The notes under the pieces were generated by a model. The model made no database searches and was not told where the DNA came from. It saw nothing but the letters and a program-made list of their open reading frames with translations. DNA of 64,000 bases from a virus (taxonomy: Duplodnaviria > Heunggongvirae > Uroviricota > Caudoviricetes), in the IMG/VR virus record IMGVR_UViG_3300042914_002848, one strand, 5' to 3'. This document shows, one piece after another, positions 41,300-48,939 of this stretch; the first letter of the stretch is position 1, and every line of letters begins with the position of its first letter. Both the position numbers and the translations under genes were made by a program.

Positions 41300-41728
41300 T
41301 TAATTCGTAAATAGGGTATTATCCCTGTCAATCGGGTCAATTTTAAACCCATATTTTTTCTTAACCCGCTCTGAAATAGGAATCGGGTTTCCATCCTCAT
41401 CAATTCTCACAAAGGTAATATAGGTAGATACAACGGTGGTTTGGTTGCCTGTATATACATTATGCGCTCTTGCTTCAATGTATAGTTTAACCGATGTATT
41501 TCCAATATGATTTACACTACCATATACCTTTAATAGTTGCCCTTCTTTTGCGGGCTTCTTAAATAGACACTCATCTATTTTAATAGTTACTACACGGGGG
41601 GTATCACATACCTGCATTGCGTACGCAGCTGCGGAAGCATCAATCCACGCCAATGCTTTTCCTCCGAAAAGATTTCCGTGAAAACCTAAATCTGATTTTT
41701 TGACGGGATATGTATTAATCAGTTCCAT
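41300..41728 (-). CDS. Acyl-CoA thioesterase (hotdog fold, YciA-like)
   Basis: DLGFHGNLFGGKALAWID, VVT, FKKPAKEG, GNTS, TFVRIDEDGNP. Confidence 0.88.
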   Translation of the reverse strand: MELINTYPVKKSDLGFHGNLFGGKALAWIDASAAAYAMQVCDTPRVVTIKIDECLFKKPAKEGQLLKVYGSVNHIGNTSVKLYIEARAHNVYTGNQTTVVSTYITFVRIDEDGNPIPISERVKKKYGFKIDPIDRDNTLFTN

Positions 41729-41918
41729 CAGTAATTTCTTCAAATGGTATAGATACTATTTCTCTACAAAAAAATAACAAACCATCCTTTTTAAAGGTAT
41801 GGCTACATTCCCAATATTGTTTTATGAAATCTACATTTAGATTTGGTTCTTCTTTCATTGTACGATAGACTTGAAACATACCATCGTTTATATAAATAAC
41901 CTGTCCTAAATAACTCAT
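41715..41918 (-). CDS. Hypothetical protein
   Basis: 67-aa ORF. Confidence 0.55.
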   Translation of the reverse strand: MSYLGQVIYINDGMFQVYRTMKEEPNLNVDFIKQYWECSHTFKKDGLLFFCREIVSIPFEEITDGTD

Positions 41919-41932
41919 AATTTATTTTGTTG

Positions 41933-42003
41933 AGCGGGTAGATGGAATCGAACCACCGTCATAGGCTTGGAAAGCGAATGTAATACCATTATACGATACC
42001 CGC
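41933..42003 (-). tRNA. tRNA-Gly(TCC), anticodon stem with two mismatches
   Basis: GCGGGTA...TTCGC TTTCCAA GCCTA...GGTGG TTCGATT CCATC TACCCGC. Confidence 0.8.
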
Positions 42004-42007
42004 AAGT

Positions 42008-42026
42008 ATCCCCACTAAGGGGGATG
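42008..42026 (-). terminator. Hairpin after lipoprotein gene (possible terminator or processing stem)
   Basis: ATCCCC...GGGGAT inverted repeat. Confidence 0.35.
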
Positions 42027-42041
42027 TAATCTGAAAAACTA

Positions 42042-42209
42042 TTATTGAGCAGCTGCTGTGCTATCTACAACAGGATACAACTCCTCAGTAGAATCTACAA
42101 CAGCAGAATCAACTGGTTCGGCAACCAATTCAGTTTGTTCAGCGTTGTTGGTACAAGCCGTAAATGATACAGCCATAACTACCATTGCGATAAAAAAGAT
42201 GTTTTTCAT
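42042..42209 (-). CDS. Small lipoprotein (55 aa)
   Basis: Hand translation MKNIFFIAMVVMAVSFTA|CTNNAEQ...VDSAVVDSTEELYPVVDSTAAAQ; signal peptide and lipobox; below ORF-track cutoff. Confidence 0.8.
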   Translation of the reverse strand: MKNIFFIAMVVMAVSFTACTNNAEQTELVAEPVDSAVVDSTEELYPVVDSTAAAQ

Positions 42210-42285
42210 AATTAATTTGTTTTAAATTTTACACAATATACAAAAGAAATTTCATATTTCCAAATTTTTTCTTAAATAAATACAA

Positions 42286-42669
42286 TTATTTTTTTGATAA
42301 AATATCATTAAGCATGTTTATTTCAGTTTTAAACATTTCTTCTTCCATTTTCCCACGCTCTTTCTCAATTGCTTTTTGTACTAACCCAATCAATTCATTT
42401 GATAAGAATGAACTAATGGTAAACTCAAATGTATAGTAGTGGTTGGAAACTTTAACCATATTATTTTGCAATATCAAAGTGTATTGTTTATCATCTGTCT
42501 GAACATAGTATCTACCCGATGGTGTCATCAAGTAGTGGGTTTTTGGATTTGACATCAATCGGATTAAAACCCTCTTTGTTAAAATCTCTCTTTCGGTATA
42601 GGGCTCGTGTCTAACCAGCCCCTGCCTAAACCAAACCTGCAATTTTTTAAATTTGTATTTTATATTCAT
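42286..42669 (-). CDS. Hypothetical protein
   Basis: 127-aa ORF. Confidence 0.65.
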   Translation of the reverse strand: MNIKYKFKKLQVWFRQGLVRHEPYTEREILTKRVLIRLMSNPKTHYLMTPSGRYYVQTDDKQYTLILQNNMVKVSNHYYTFEFTISSFLSNELIGLVQKAIEKERGKMEEEMFKTEINMLNDILSKK

Positions 42670-42686
42670 TATTTTTTATTTTTTTG

Positions 42687-42759
42687 TACGGTTAATAGGG
42701 TTCGAACCTATACGGAAACTTTAGAAGAGTTTAATGCTATCCAATTACATCATAACCGC
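42687..42759 (-). tRNA. tRNA-Arg(TCT)
   Basis: Cloverleaf; AAACT CTTCTAA AGTTT; TTCGAAC T-loop. Confidence 0.88.
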
Positions 42760-42777
42760 AAATTATATAAATATACT

Positions 42778-42803
42778 ACTCTATCCAACTGAGCTACGGG
42801 CGC
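42778..42803 (-). pseudogene. 5' fragment of a tRNA (Arg-like), acceptor 5' strand and D-arm only
   Basis: GCGCCCGTAGCTCAGTTGGATAGAGT followed by AT-rich non-tRNA sequence. Confidence 0.7.
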
Positions 42804-42817
42804 ATATTCATTTTTTG

Positions 42818-42902
42818 TACCTCGGACCGGAATCGAACCGGTACAGCTTCATCAGCTACAGGATTTTAAGTCCTGCGTGGCTACCTATTTCACCACCGAG
42901 GC
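42818..42902 (-). tRNA. tRNA-Leu(TAA)
   Basis: CAGGA CTTAAAA TCCTG, long variable arm. Confidence 0.92.
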
Positions 42903-42909
42903 ATTATCA

Positions 42910-43104
42910 TTATTTATCAACTACTTTTTTCCTCACCGCTTCAGATACACTAAACAGTTCACTAAATTGGTCTTTCTTCATTTTTTTTGTTTCACAAAAT
43001 AACTCAATAGCATCTTCTAAAGAACTTGCTTTTGTTTTACTAAGTGCTTCTTTTGTAGTGTCCGATTTAAAATAAAAGTAGTATTCTTTCATGTTCTTTC
43101 CCAT
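42910..43104 (-). CDS. Hypothetical protein
   Basis: 64-aa ORF. Confidence 0.55.
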   Translation of the reverse strand: MGKNMKEYYFYFKSDTTKEALSKTKASSLEDAIELFCETKKMKKDQFSELFSVSEAVRKKVVDK

Positions 43105-43133
43105 TTAACTTTACACAATATACAAATAATTAT

Positions 43134-43589
43134 TTAATTATCCAAACTTTTTGTGTAATAAAAAACACCTACCCCCGCTTCCTCAAACATTTTGATACTT
43201 CGTTCAGCGCTTTCTTCCCATTTGGGCCCTTTAGCTCCACTATTTGTTCTACATATTATTTCAGATATGCCGGAATTTATTATATTACGAGCACAATCCG
43301 CACAAGGTATTCCACAAGTCATATACATTTTAGTATTTAGTGTAGATACTCCAATTCTTGCACAATTTATTATAGAATTAGTTTCCGCATGTGAGAACCA
43401 AAAGTATTTCTCTGGTCTTTCTTGTCTTTCATTAACATTATCATTAATCCCTCGTGGAAATGAGTTATAGCCGGTAGAAACAATTTCGTTATCTTTACCA
43501 ACTATAACCACTCCGATTTGAGTTTTTTCATCTTTAGATTTTAACTTAACTTGTTCGGCTATGTTAATAAAATATTCATCCCATTTCAT
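43134..43589 (-). CDS. dCMP deaminase
   Basis: STGYNSFPRG, HAETN, PCADC. Confidence 0.92.
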   Translation of the reverse strand: MKWDEYFINIAEQVKLKSKDEKTQIGVVIVGKDNEIVSTGYNSFPRGINDNVNERQERPEKYFWFSHAETNSIINCARIGVSTLNTKMYMTCGIPCADCARNIINSGISEIICRTNSGAKGPKWEESAERSIKMFEEAGVGVFYYTKSLDN

Positions 43590-43634
43590 ATTTTATATAT
43601 TTGATAGTAATTATAAGTAAAGCGTCTATTTTCA

Positions 43635-43916
43635 TCAAAATTTAAAAGATAGTTTGTATTCCTTATCACCTTCAGTTTTGAAATGAATATTTTTACCCTT
43701 CCAATTTACAATTTCGGTTATCTTATCAGAGCAAAAAGAATAGAATGAACCCATACCATCTGAATACTCAAAATCAAGAACAAGCATATTACCAACATGC
43801 GGTCCACCATCTTCCCAATTTTTGATTCCACCTCGTAAATCTCTTTGGGCCCATTTAACGGATTCGGCTTCCCAAATCCGTCCGCTGTTTACATCTTCTA
43901 ATTTATACATTTTCAT
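43635..43916 (-). CDS. Hypothetical protein
   Basis: 93-aa ORF. Confidence 0.6.
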   Translation of the reverse strand: MKMYKLEDVNSGRIWEAESVKWAQRDLRGGIKNWEDGGPHVGNMLVLDFEYSDGMGSFYSFCSDKITEIVNWKGKNIHFKTEGDKEYKLSFKF

Positions 43917-44334
43917 TTATATTAATTGCCATCATTCTTTTAATATGCCTATCTCCCTCAAAATCGGTTTCTAAAAAAGTGTTAAGGATATCAATTGCAT
44001 CATCAATACAAAGAAACCTTGCGGGTAAACAAATAATATTTGCATTATTATGTGCCCTTGCTAATCGTGCTATATCAACATCCCAACAAAGTGCCGCACG
44101 AATACCTGGCCATTTGTTTGCTGTCATACACACCCCATTACCGCTACCGCATATAAGAATACCAAATTGCGATTTAAAGTTTGAACACATTTTGTGTGCG
44201 TAGTCCGGGTAATCAACGGACTCGGGAGTATTTGTTCCCAAGTCCGTTAATTCCATTCCACACTTATCCATATACTCAATCAGTTGAGTTTTTAATTCCC
44301 ATCCTGCGTGGTCTGATGCGATTAGTATTGACAT
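43903..44334 (-). CDS. rpiB: Ribose-5-phosphate isomerase B
   Basis: ASDHAG, SVDYPDYA, GILICGSGNG, ANK, RAHNNAN, FEGDRH. Confidence 0.95.
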   Translation of the reverse strand: MSILIASDHAGWELKTQLIEYMDKCGMELTDLGTNTPESVDYPDYAHKMCSNFKSQFGILICGSGNGVCMTANKWPGIRAALCWDVDIARLARAHNNANIICLPARFLCIDDAIDILNTFLETDFEGDRHIKRMMAININENV

Positions 44335-44347
44335 TTTTTACCTTATC

Positions 44348-45916
44348 CTAATTTTTTATAATACGCGTTGTGTAATTTCCCGATGGTGTTGTGATATTAA
44401 CAAAAAGAATACCACTTACATTATCTACGATAGTAACCATTGAATGGTTTTCATTGTATGTAATATCCGATTGAACATTAGAACCCATAATATTAAATAC
44501 TGAAATATTTGTAATTCGTTCACCGCATTCTACCATAAATTCATTTTTAATTGGATTGGGATAAACATTCATTCGGTTTGAAATCTCCATATAACGAACC
44601 GATGTCCTAATTGTATCTGGGTTGAAATTAGACCAACCACTCGTCCAGTCAGATTGACCAAACGCACCACGATGGGTAACGGGCGTAAAGAAATTATTTG
44701 AAATTCGGGGATTTGAAAAAGAAGCACCTGTTAATAGAATACTATTTTGTTGTGGTAATAGCTGTGGGTTTGTTAGGCTATTATAACCCGAAGATAATCC
44801 GATTTGGGATGTACTATCAAATATCTCATTTCCTCTCAAAGTATCACCAAAATAATTCAACATCCCAGCCCAAGTATTCGTACCTTGTGTTTGTTCAAAC
44901 TTATTAGTCATATTAGCAAATACCACTCTTTCAATTTGGAGTGAATCATTAGTCGCATTTAATTGAGCCGATGAACCATCAATATGCAATCCAGTCGGAT
45001 ATCCCATAAAAAGGGAATTGTAGACCGATGTACGGGTGTTCCTACGAAGATGTAACGCCCTACGATAAAGAGAAGCAGGTCCACCATTTTCTTTTGGGCC
45101 GATGATAGTTACATTAGAAAATATCGGAGCAGTTTGTGGTGTGTTTGAAGTCCCTGTTCCATCGTTATCGGATTCAAATCCGTTTGATTGAGATTGGTCT
45201 GCAATCTGCGGGTCACGCATTGAAAGAGCAAATTGAACTTTTCCTCTATAACCAAAATCAGTATCAAAATCATCATCCCATCCACGATGGGCAATCAAGT
45301 ACTTACAATTGACTGTACCACCAAACCATTCATAGGAATCATCACCAGAATAGGATACTTGAACATTCTCAACCACAGTCTTACTACCAACCCCACCAAA
45401 TGTCAATCCATTGATTTCACTATTGGGTTGATATGCTATGCCGGGAAATTCAATGCGGACATATCTAAATACACCCGAACTATCTTCATCATCAGTTCCA
45501 CCATAAGTAGCATCTTGTCCTAAGAGCCCACCTTCAATAATACCAACTCCACCAGGAATGTTTGTTGTAGCGTTTCCTAATATTACAACCCCACCCCAAT
45601 CACCATAAGTACGCTGCCCTACAGTTTGATTGGATGTAAAGATAATTGGTTGAGCCGCCGTTCCGTTTGCATAGATGCGGCCGTTTTTTGTAATAATAAG
45701 CGTTCCCTTTGATGCTTTATCACCTCTGATAATTGTACCAGGTTCAATTGTTAGTGTTGCGCCATTCTTTACAAACCGATTACCTTCTAATAAATAAATT
45801 GTTCCACTATTCCAAGTGGTGTTTGTTGTAATATCTGTTCGGATGGTATCAACTGTAGTTTGCGCTTGTGCGAAACTAAACATGCTCAAAAGAGCGAGAA
45901 TAAAACTTTTTTTCAT
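44348..45916 (-). CDS. Secreted beta-helix protein with type IX secretion (T9SS type A) C-terminal sorting domain
   Basis: Signal peptide MKKSFILALL..AQA; LTIEPGT, DSSGVFRYVRIEF, DDSYEWFGG, DDDFDTD; C-terminal VYPNP...VFNIMG...GILFV...RIIKN. Confidence 0.85.
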   Translation of the reverse strand: MKKSFILALLSMFSFAQAQTTVDTIRTDITTNTTWNSGTIYLLEGNRFVKNGATLTIEPGTIIRGDKASKGTLIITKNGRIYANGTAAQPIIFTSNQTVGQRTYGDWGGVVILGNATTNIPGGVGIIEGGLLGQDATYGGTDDEDSSGVFRYVRIEFPGIAYQPNSEINGLTFGGVGSKTVVENVQVSYSGDDSYEWFGGTVNCKYLIAHRGWDDDFDTDFGYRGKVQFALSMRDPQIADQSQSNGFESDNDGTGTSNTPQTAPIFSNVTIIGPKENGGPASLYRRALHLRRNTRTSVYNSLFMGYPTGLHIDGSSAQLNATNDSLQIERVVFANMTNKFEQTQGTNTWAGMLNYFGDTLRGNEIFDSTSQIGLSSGYNSLTNPQLLPQQNSILLTGASFSNPRISNNFFTPVTHRGAFGQSDWTSGWSNFNPDTIRTSVRYMEISNRMNVYPNPIKNEFMVECGERITNISVFNIMGSNVQSDITYNENHSMVTIVDNVSGILFVNITTPSGNYTTRIIKN

Positions 45917-45967
45917 AGATTGTTTTTTTAAATTGTTTAATTGTTTATATAAATAAATATTGATTTT

Positions 45968-46306
45968 TTACTTCCAAAATATTTGTATCAGTATAATAAC
46001 TCCTGAAAGGATTAAACATACCATTGTTTTTGTGGTTAGGTTTTCTCCAAAAACTAATTGTGAAAGTATAGCAAAAACCACTACCCCAATACCAAACCCA
46101 ATAAGACGAGATGGCCAAAGTAATCCACCATAATGAGTGATGATTTGACGAACCGATTCCATATACATCATTGATATAGGAATACCCATCAATACAATAA
46201 CCCAATAGTTATCTTTGAACCATTGGTATTTTAACTGACCCTGGAGTTGATAGAAAGTAAGTATCTGCGCCAAAAGCATCAGTAACATTCCGATTAAAAG
46301 TGCCAT
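45968..46306 (-). CDS. Small four-TM membrane protein (DMT/SMR-like size)
   Basis: 112 aa, four hydrophobic segments, FGE motif. Confidence 0.6.
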   Translation of the reverse strand: MALLIGMLLMLLAQILTFYQLQGQLKYQWFKDNYWVIVLMGIPISMMYMESVRQIITHYGGLLWPSRLIGFGIGVVVFAILSQLVFGENLTTKTMVCLILSGVIILIQIFWK

Positions 46307-46325
46307 TTTTTATTTTTTAAGTTAG

Positions 46326-46399
46326 TAGGGGAAGCGGGACTCGAACCCACAACCTCGTGCTCCCAAAGCACGTAATCTAACCAATTGATATATTCCCCT
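46326..46399 (-). tRNA. tRNA-Pro(TGG)
   Basis: CGTGC TTTGGGA GCACG. Confidence 0.9.
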
Positions 46400-46402
46400 A
46401 TG

Positions 46403-46610
46403 TTTCCCCACCCTGAGATTTGGGGTGAGTAGTCATTCTGGTTTTTTCCTATTGATAAAACCTACAGGGCATCCCCTATTAAAACAGTCACACTACGAAG
46501 GAGGAGCTGTGAGTGGCACCTTTAACCCTAAGAACCGGCATTCCGCTGTCCGATTTAAGCGAGCCCATTGTTTAAGTCTTGAACTAAAGACTCTGAGTAT
46601 CTCTTACTCA
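46403..46610 (-). ncRNA. Unknown structured RNA (~210 nt) between tRNA-Asp and tRNA-Pro
   Basis: GC-enriched with several hairpins (TGAGTA/TACTCA, AGTCT/AGACT, TCAC/GTGA, CACCC/GGGTG); no credible minus-strand ORF. Confidence 0.5.
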
Positions 46611-46613
46611 TTG

Positions 46614-46684
46614 CGGTTCATAGGGGTTATGCTCCCCTGCCTCGGCAGTGACAGTGCCGTATTCTACTATTATACTAATGAACC
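46614..46684 (-). tRNA. tRNA-Asp(GTC) with non-canonical T-loop (AGCATAA)
   Basis: GGTTCAT/ATGAACC acceptor, CGGCA CTGTCAC TGCCG, AGGGG AGCATAA CCCCT. Confidence 0.75.
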
Positions 46685-46688
46685 ATTG

Positions 46689-46761
46689 AGCGGCAAACTG
46701 GATTCGAACCAGCGACCCTAACCTTGGCAAGGTTATGCTCTACCAACTGAGCTACTGCCGC
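46689..46761 (-). tRNA. tRNA-Gly(GCC)
   Basis: TAACC TTGCCAA GGTTA. Confidence 0.93.
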
Positions 46762-46767
46762 AAAGTG

Positions 46768-46840
46768 AGCTTCTTATCGGATTCGAACCAATGACCATCC
46801 GCTTACAAGGCGGGAGCTCTACCAACTGAGCTAAAGAAGC
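46768..46840 (-). tRNA. tRNA-Thr(TGT)
   Basis: CCGC CTTGTAA GCGG. Confidence 0.92.
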
Positions 46841-46846
46841 ATTTTG

Positions 46847-46920
46847 TGGACCGTACCGGAGTCGAACCGATGACCTTCTGAATGCAAATCAGACGTTCTA
46901 GCCAACTGAACTAACAGCCC
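46847..46920 (-). tRNA. tRNA-Ala(TGC)
   Basis: TCTGA TTTGCAT TCAGA. Confidence 0.9.
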
Positions 46921-46925
46921 TTTTG

Positions 46926-46999
46926 TAGCGGGTGAGGGATTCGAACCCCCGATTCCTGGCTTATGAGACCTGGCGGATAGACCACTTCCATAACCCGCA
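46926..46999 (-). tRNA. tRNA-Met(CAT), initiator-like (1:72 mismatch)
   Basis: CTCATAA loop, unpaired first acceptor position; anticodon stem lacks the three G-C pairs of canonical fMet. Confidence 0.75.
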
Positions 47000-47012
47000 A
47001 TATATTTCAATT

Positions 47013-47435
47013 TTAAAAAATCCTTTTACCTTCAGGATTGAAATGCATAAATTGATGTGTTTCCATATCCGATTGCCATTTGTAGTGAACAACAAGCCCG
47101 TTATTATTTTTATAATGATTATCACCTAAATTGTGGTGGGTTTCTATTATTCTTGTTAGCATTTCCCTTGCCACATCATCGGATTTAGTTGATTGGGCAC
47201 ACATAATATTTTCAGTTCCACCCCACTTAAAAAAGTACATAGTCATTAAATCAAATTTAGGATGGACTGTATATATAACCCAATAATCAGATTGATTTAA
47301 TCTTTCCCAATTTGTTGTACCAAATTCAAGACGATTTCTTTCTTTGATTTCAGTAACAGTAAATCCAACCATTGGCTTTTGTGCAAACGCAGTTGAACTA
47401 AGTAATACAAATAGGGTAATAAGTAGTTTTTTCAT
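47013..47435 (-). CDS. Secreted hypothetical protein
   Basis: Signal peptide MKKLLITLFVLLSSTAFA|Q. Confidence 0.7.
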   Translation of the reverse strand: MKKLLITLFVLLSSTAFAQKPMVGFTVTEIKERNRLEFGTTNWERLNQSDYWVIYTVHPKFDLMTMYFFKWGGTENIMCAQSTKSDDVAREMLTRIIETHHNLGDNHYKNNNGLVVHYKWQSDMETHQFMHFNPEGKRIF

Positions 47436-47450
47436 AGTTTTTGTTTTTTG

Positions 47451-47524
47451 TACTCCGTACGGGACTCGAACCCGTAAGCTTTCCCGTGAAAGGGGAATGT
47501 CCTAACCAATTAGACGAACGGAGC
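47451..47524 (-). tRNA. tRNA-Glu(TTC)
   Basis: TTCCC CTTTCAC GGGAA. Confidence 0.92.
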
Positions 47525-47534
47525 GTATTGATTG

Positions 47535-47606
47535 CGTCCTGAGTAGGAGTCGAACCTACGACCAACGGATTAACAGTCCGTCGCTCTACCTCTGAGCTAT
47601 CAAGAC
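47535..47606 (-). tRNA. tRNA-Asn(GTT)
   Basis: ACGGA CTGTTAA TCCGT. Confidence 0.92.
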
Positions 47607-47611
47607 AATTG

Positions 47612-47694
47612 TACCGAAGGCGAGACTCGAACTCGCAATGCTATAAAGCGCTGGTTTCTAAAACCAGTGTGACTGCCAATTCCACCACTTCGGT
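47612..47694 (-). tRNA. tRNA-Leu(TAG)
   Basis: CTGGT TTTAGAA ACCAG, variable arm. Confidence 0.9.
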
Positions 47695-47738
47695 ATAAAT
47701 ATACAAAATAAATTTTAATTATCCAAATTTATTTTTTG

Positions 47739-47825
47739 CGGAAGATATTGGATTTGAACCAATGAACCAGTTACCCGATTAACACCTTAGCAGGGTGCCG
47801 CTTTAGACCACTCAGCCAATCTTCC
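47739..47825 (-). tRNA. tRNA-Ser(GCT)
   Basis: GCACC CTGCTAA GGTGT, long variable arm. Confidence 0.9.
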
Positions 47826-47827
47826 TT

Positions 47828-47904
47828 TGGGGCGACCGATGGGAATCGAACCCACCCGCACTAGAACCACAATCTAGCGCTCTACCAACTGAGCTACAGC
47901 CGCC
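47828..47904 (-). tRNA. tRNA-His(GTG)
   Basis: CTAGA TTGTGGT TCTAG, G-1, encoded CCA. Confidence 0.92.
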
Positions 47905-47906
47905 AT

Positions 47907-48356
47907 TTAACGGCAGTGATAATCTGCCGCTTTTGTAGCAATTTGAATATCAGGTTTGACATTCACTTTGTATCCCAACGATAAGGCCCAACCACGAGTT
48001 GCTCCTATAAGTTTGTGGCTAGGTGCAATTTCGTCTTGGTTATAGTCCATATCAATTTCAACATTTATGTTGATTTGTTGGGTAAACCATTCTGCCACTT
48101 CCAATGTACGAGCGCATTCATCAAATAATCTTGTGAACATATCACGCACCAATGGAACTTTTTCTTTTGTGTAAATATAGTGAACACCTCTGATACCAAA
48201 ACGATATGCTATTGCAGTTACATACGATGTTTCCAATCCTACATTTTGAGAATCAGTACCAATATGAACTTTTAGATTAGGATACCGTTTCATTATATCC
48301 AAGGTATGTTCAACAACATCTACCACTCTGTTGTCTACTGATTTAAACCTTTTCAT
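47907..48356 (-). CDS. RNase H-like YkuK (DUF458) family protein
   Basis: VHIGTDSQ, RLFDE...LEVA, EIDMDYN, VKPD..IATKAAD. Confidence 0.8.
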   Translation of the reverse strand: MKRFKSVDNRVVDVVEHTLDIMKRYPNLKVHIGTDSQNVGLETSYVTAIAYRFGIRGVHYIYTKEKVPLVRDMFTRLFDECARTLEVAEWFTQQININVEIDMDYNQDEIAPSHKLIGATRGWALSLGYKVNVKPDIQIATKAADYHCR

Positions 48357-48374
48357 CTTCTTTCTTTTTTTTAG

Positions 48375-48448
48375 TAGCGAAAAGCAGAATCGAACTGCTA
48401 ACCTCAGGATTATGAGACCTGCGCTCTAACCAATTGAGCTATTTCGCC
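48375..48448 (-). tRNA. tRNA-Met(CAT), elongator-like
   Basis: CAGG..CTCATAA..CCTG. Confidence 0.85.
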
Positions 48449-48455
48449 ATTCACG

Positions 48456-48528
48456 CACGGGTGGAGAGACTCGAACTCCCAGCCTATGATTTTGGAGATT
48501 ATTGCTCTGCCAATTGAGCTACACCCGT
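48456..48528 (-). tRNA. tRNA-Trp(CCA)
   Basis: CTCCAAA loop. Confidence 0.88.
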
Positions 48529-48536
48529 ATTTTTTG

Positions 48537-48607
48537 AGGTACTGATTGGAATTGAACCAATATAAAGGCTTTTGCAGAGCCCCACCTTGCCAGTCGGACA
48601 CAGTACC
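48537..48607 (-). tRNA. tRNA-Cys(GCA)
   Basis: GGGCT CTGCAAA AGCCT, U73. Confidence 0.88.
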
Positions 48608-48613
48608 AAATTG

Positions 48614-48685
48614 TAGCTCCTAAACGATTCGAACGTTTAACACTTCGTCCGTAGCGAAGCAGTTTATCCATTAGCCTAAGGAGCC
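48614..48685 (-). tRNA. tRNA-Arg(ACG)
   Basis: CTTCG CTACGGA CGAAG. Confidence 0.88.
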
Positions 48686-48690
48686 TTGTG

Positions 48691-48764
48691 TTGGAATAGC
48701 CGGATTCGAACCAGCGACCTTTTGAATATCAGTCAAATGCTCTAACCAACTGAGCTATATTCCA
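48691..48764 (-). tRNA. tRNA-Ile(GAT)
   Basis: TTTGA CTGATAT TCAAA. Confidence 0.92.
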
Positions 48765-48769
48765 ATGTG

Positions 48770-48851
48770 TGCCTGCAGAAGGACTCGAACCTTCGGACTC
48801 AAACGAGAACTGATTTACAGTCAGTTGCAATTGCCGCTATGCGATACAGGC
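48770..48851 (-). tRNA. tRNA-Tyr(GTA)
   Basis: ACTGA CTGTAAA TCAGT, variable arm. Confidence 0.92.
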
Positions 48852-48860
48852 ATATTTGTG

Positions 48861-48934
48861 TGGTGAATGGTTGGATTCGAACCAACGACGCGAGGCTCTT
48901 CAGGCCTCCGCTCTACCAACTGAGCTACATCACC
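48861..48934 (-). tRNA. tRNA-Phe(GAA), one-nt bulge in acceptor stem
   Basis: GAGGC CTGAAGA GCCTC; GGTGATG vs CATTCACC. Confidence 0.88.
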
Positions 48935-48939
48935 AAATG

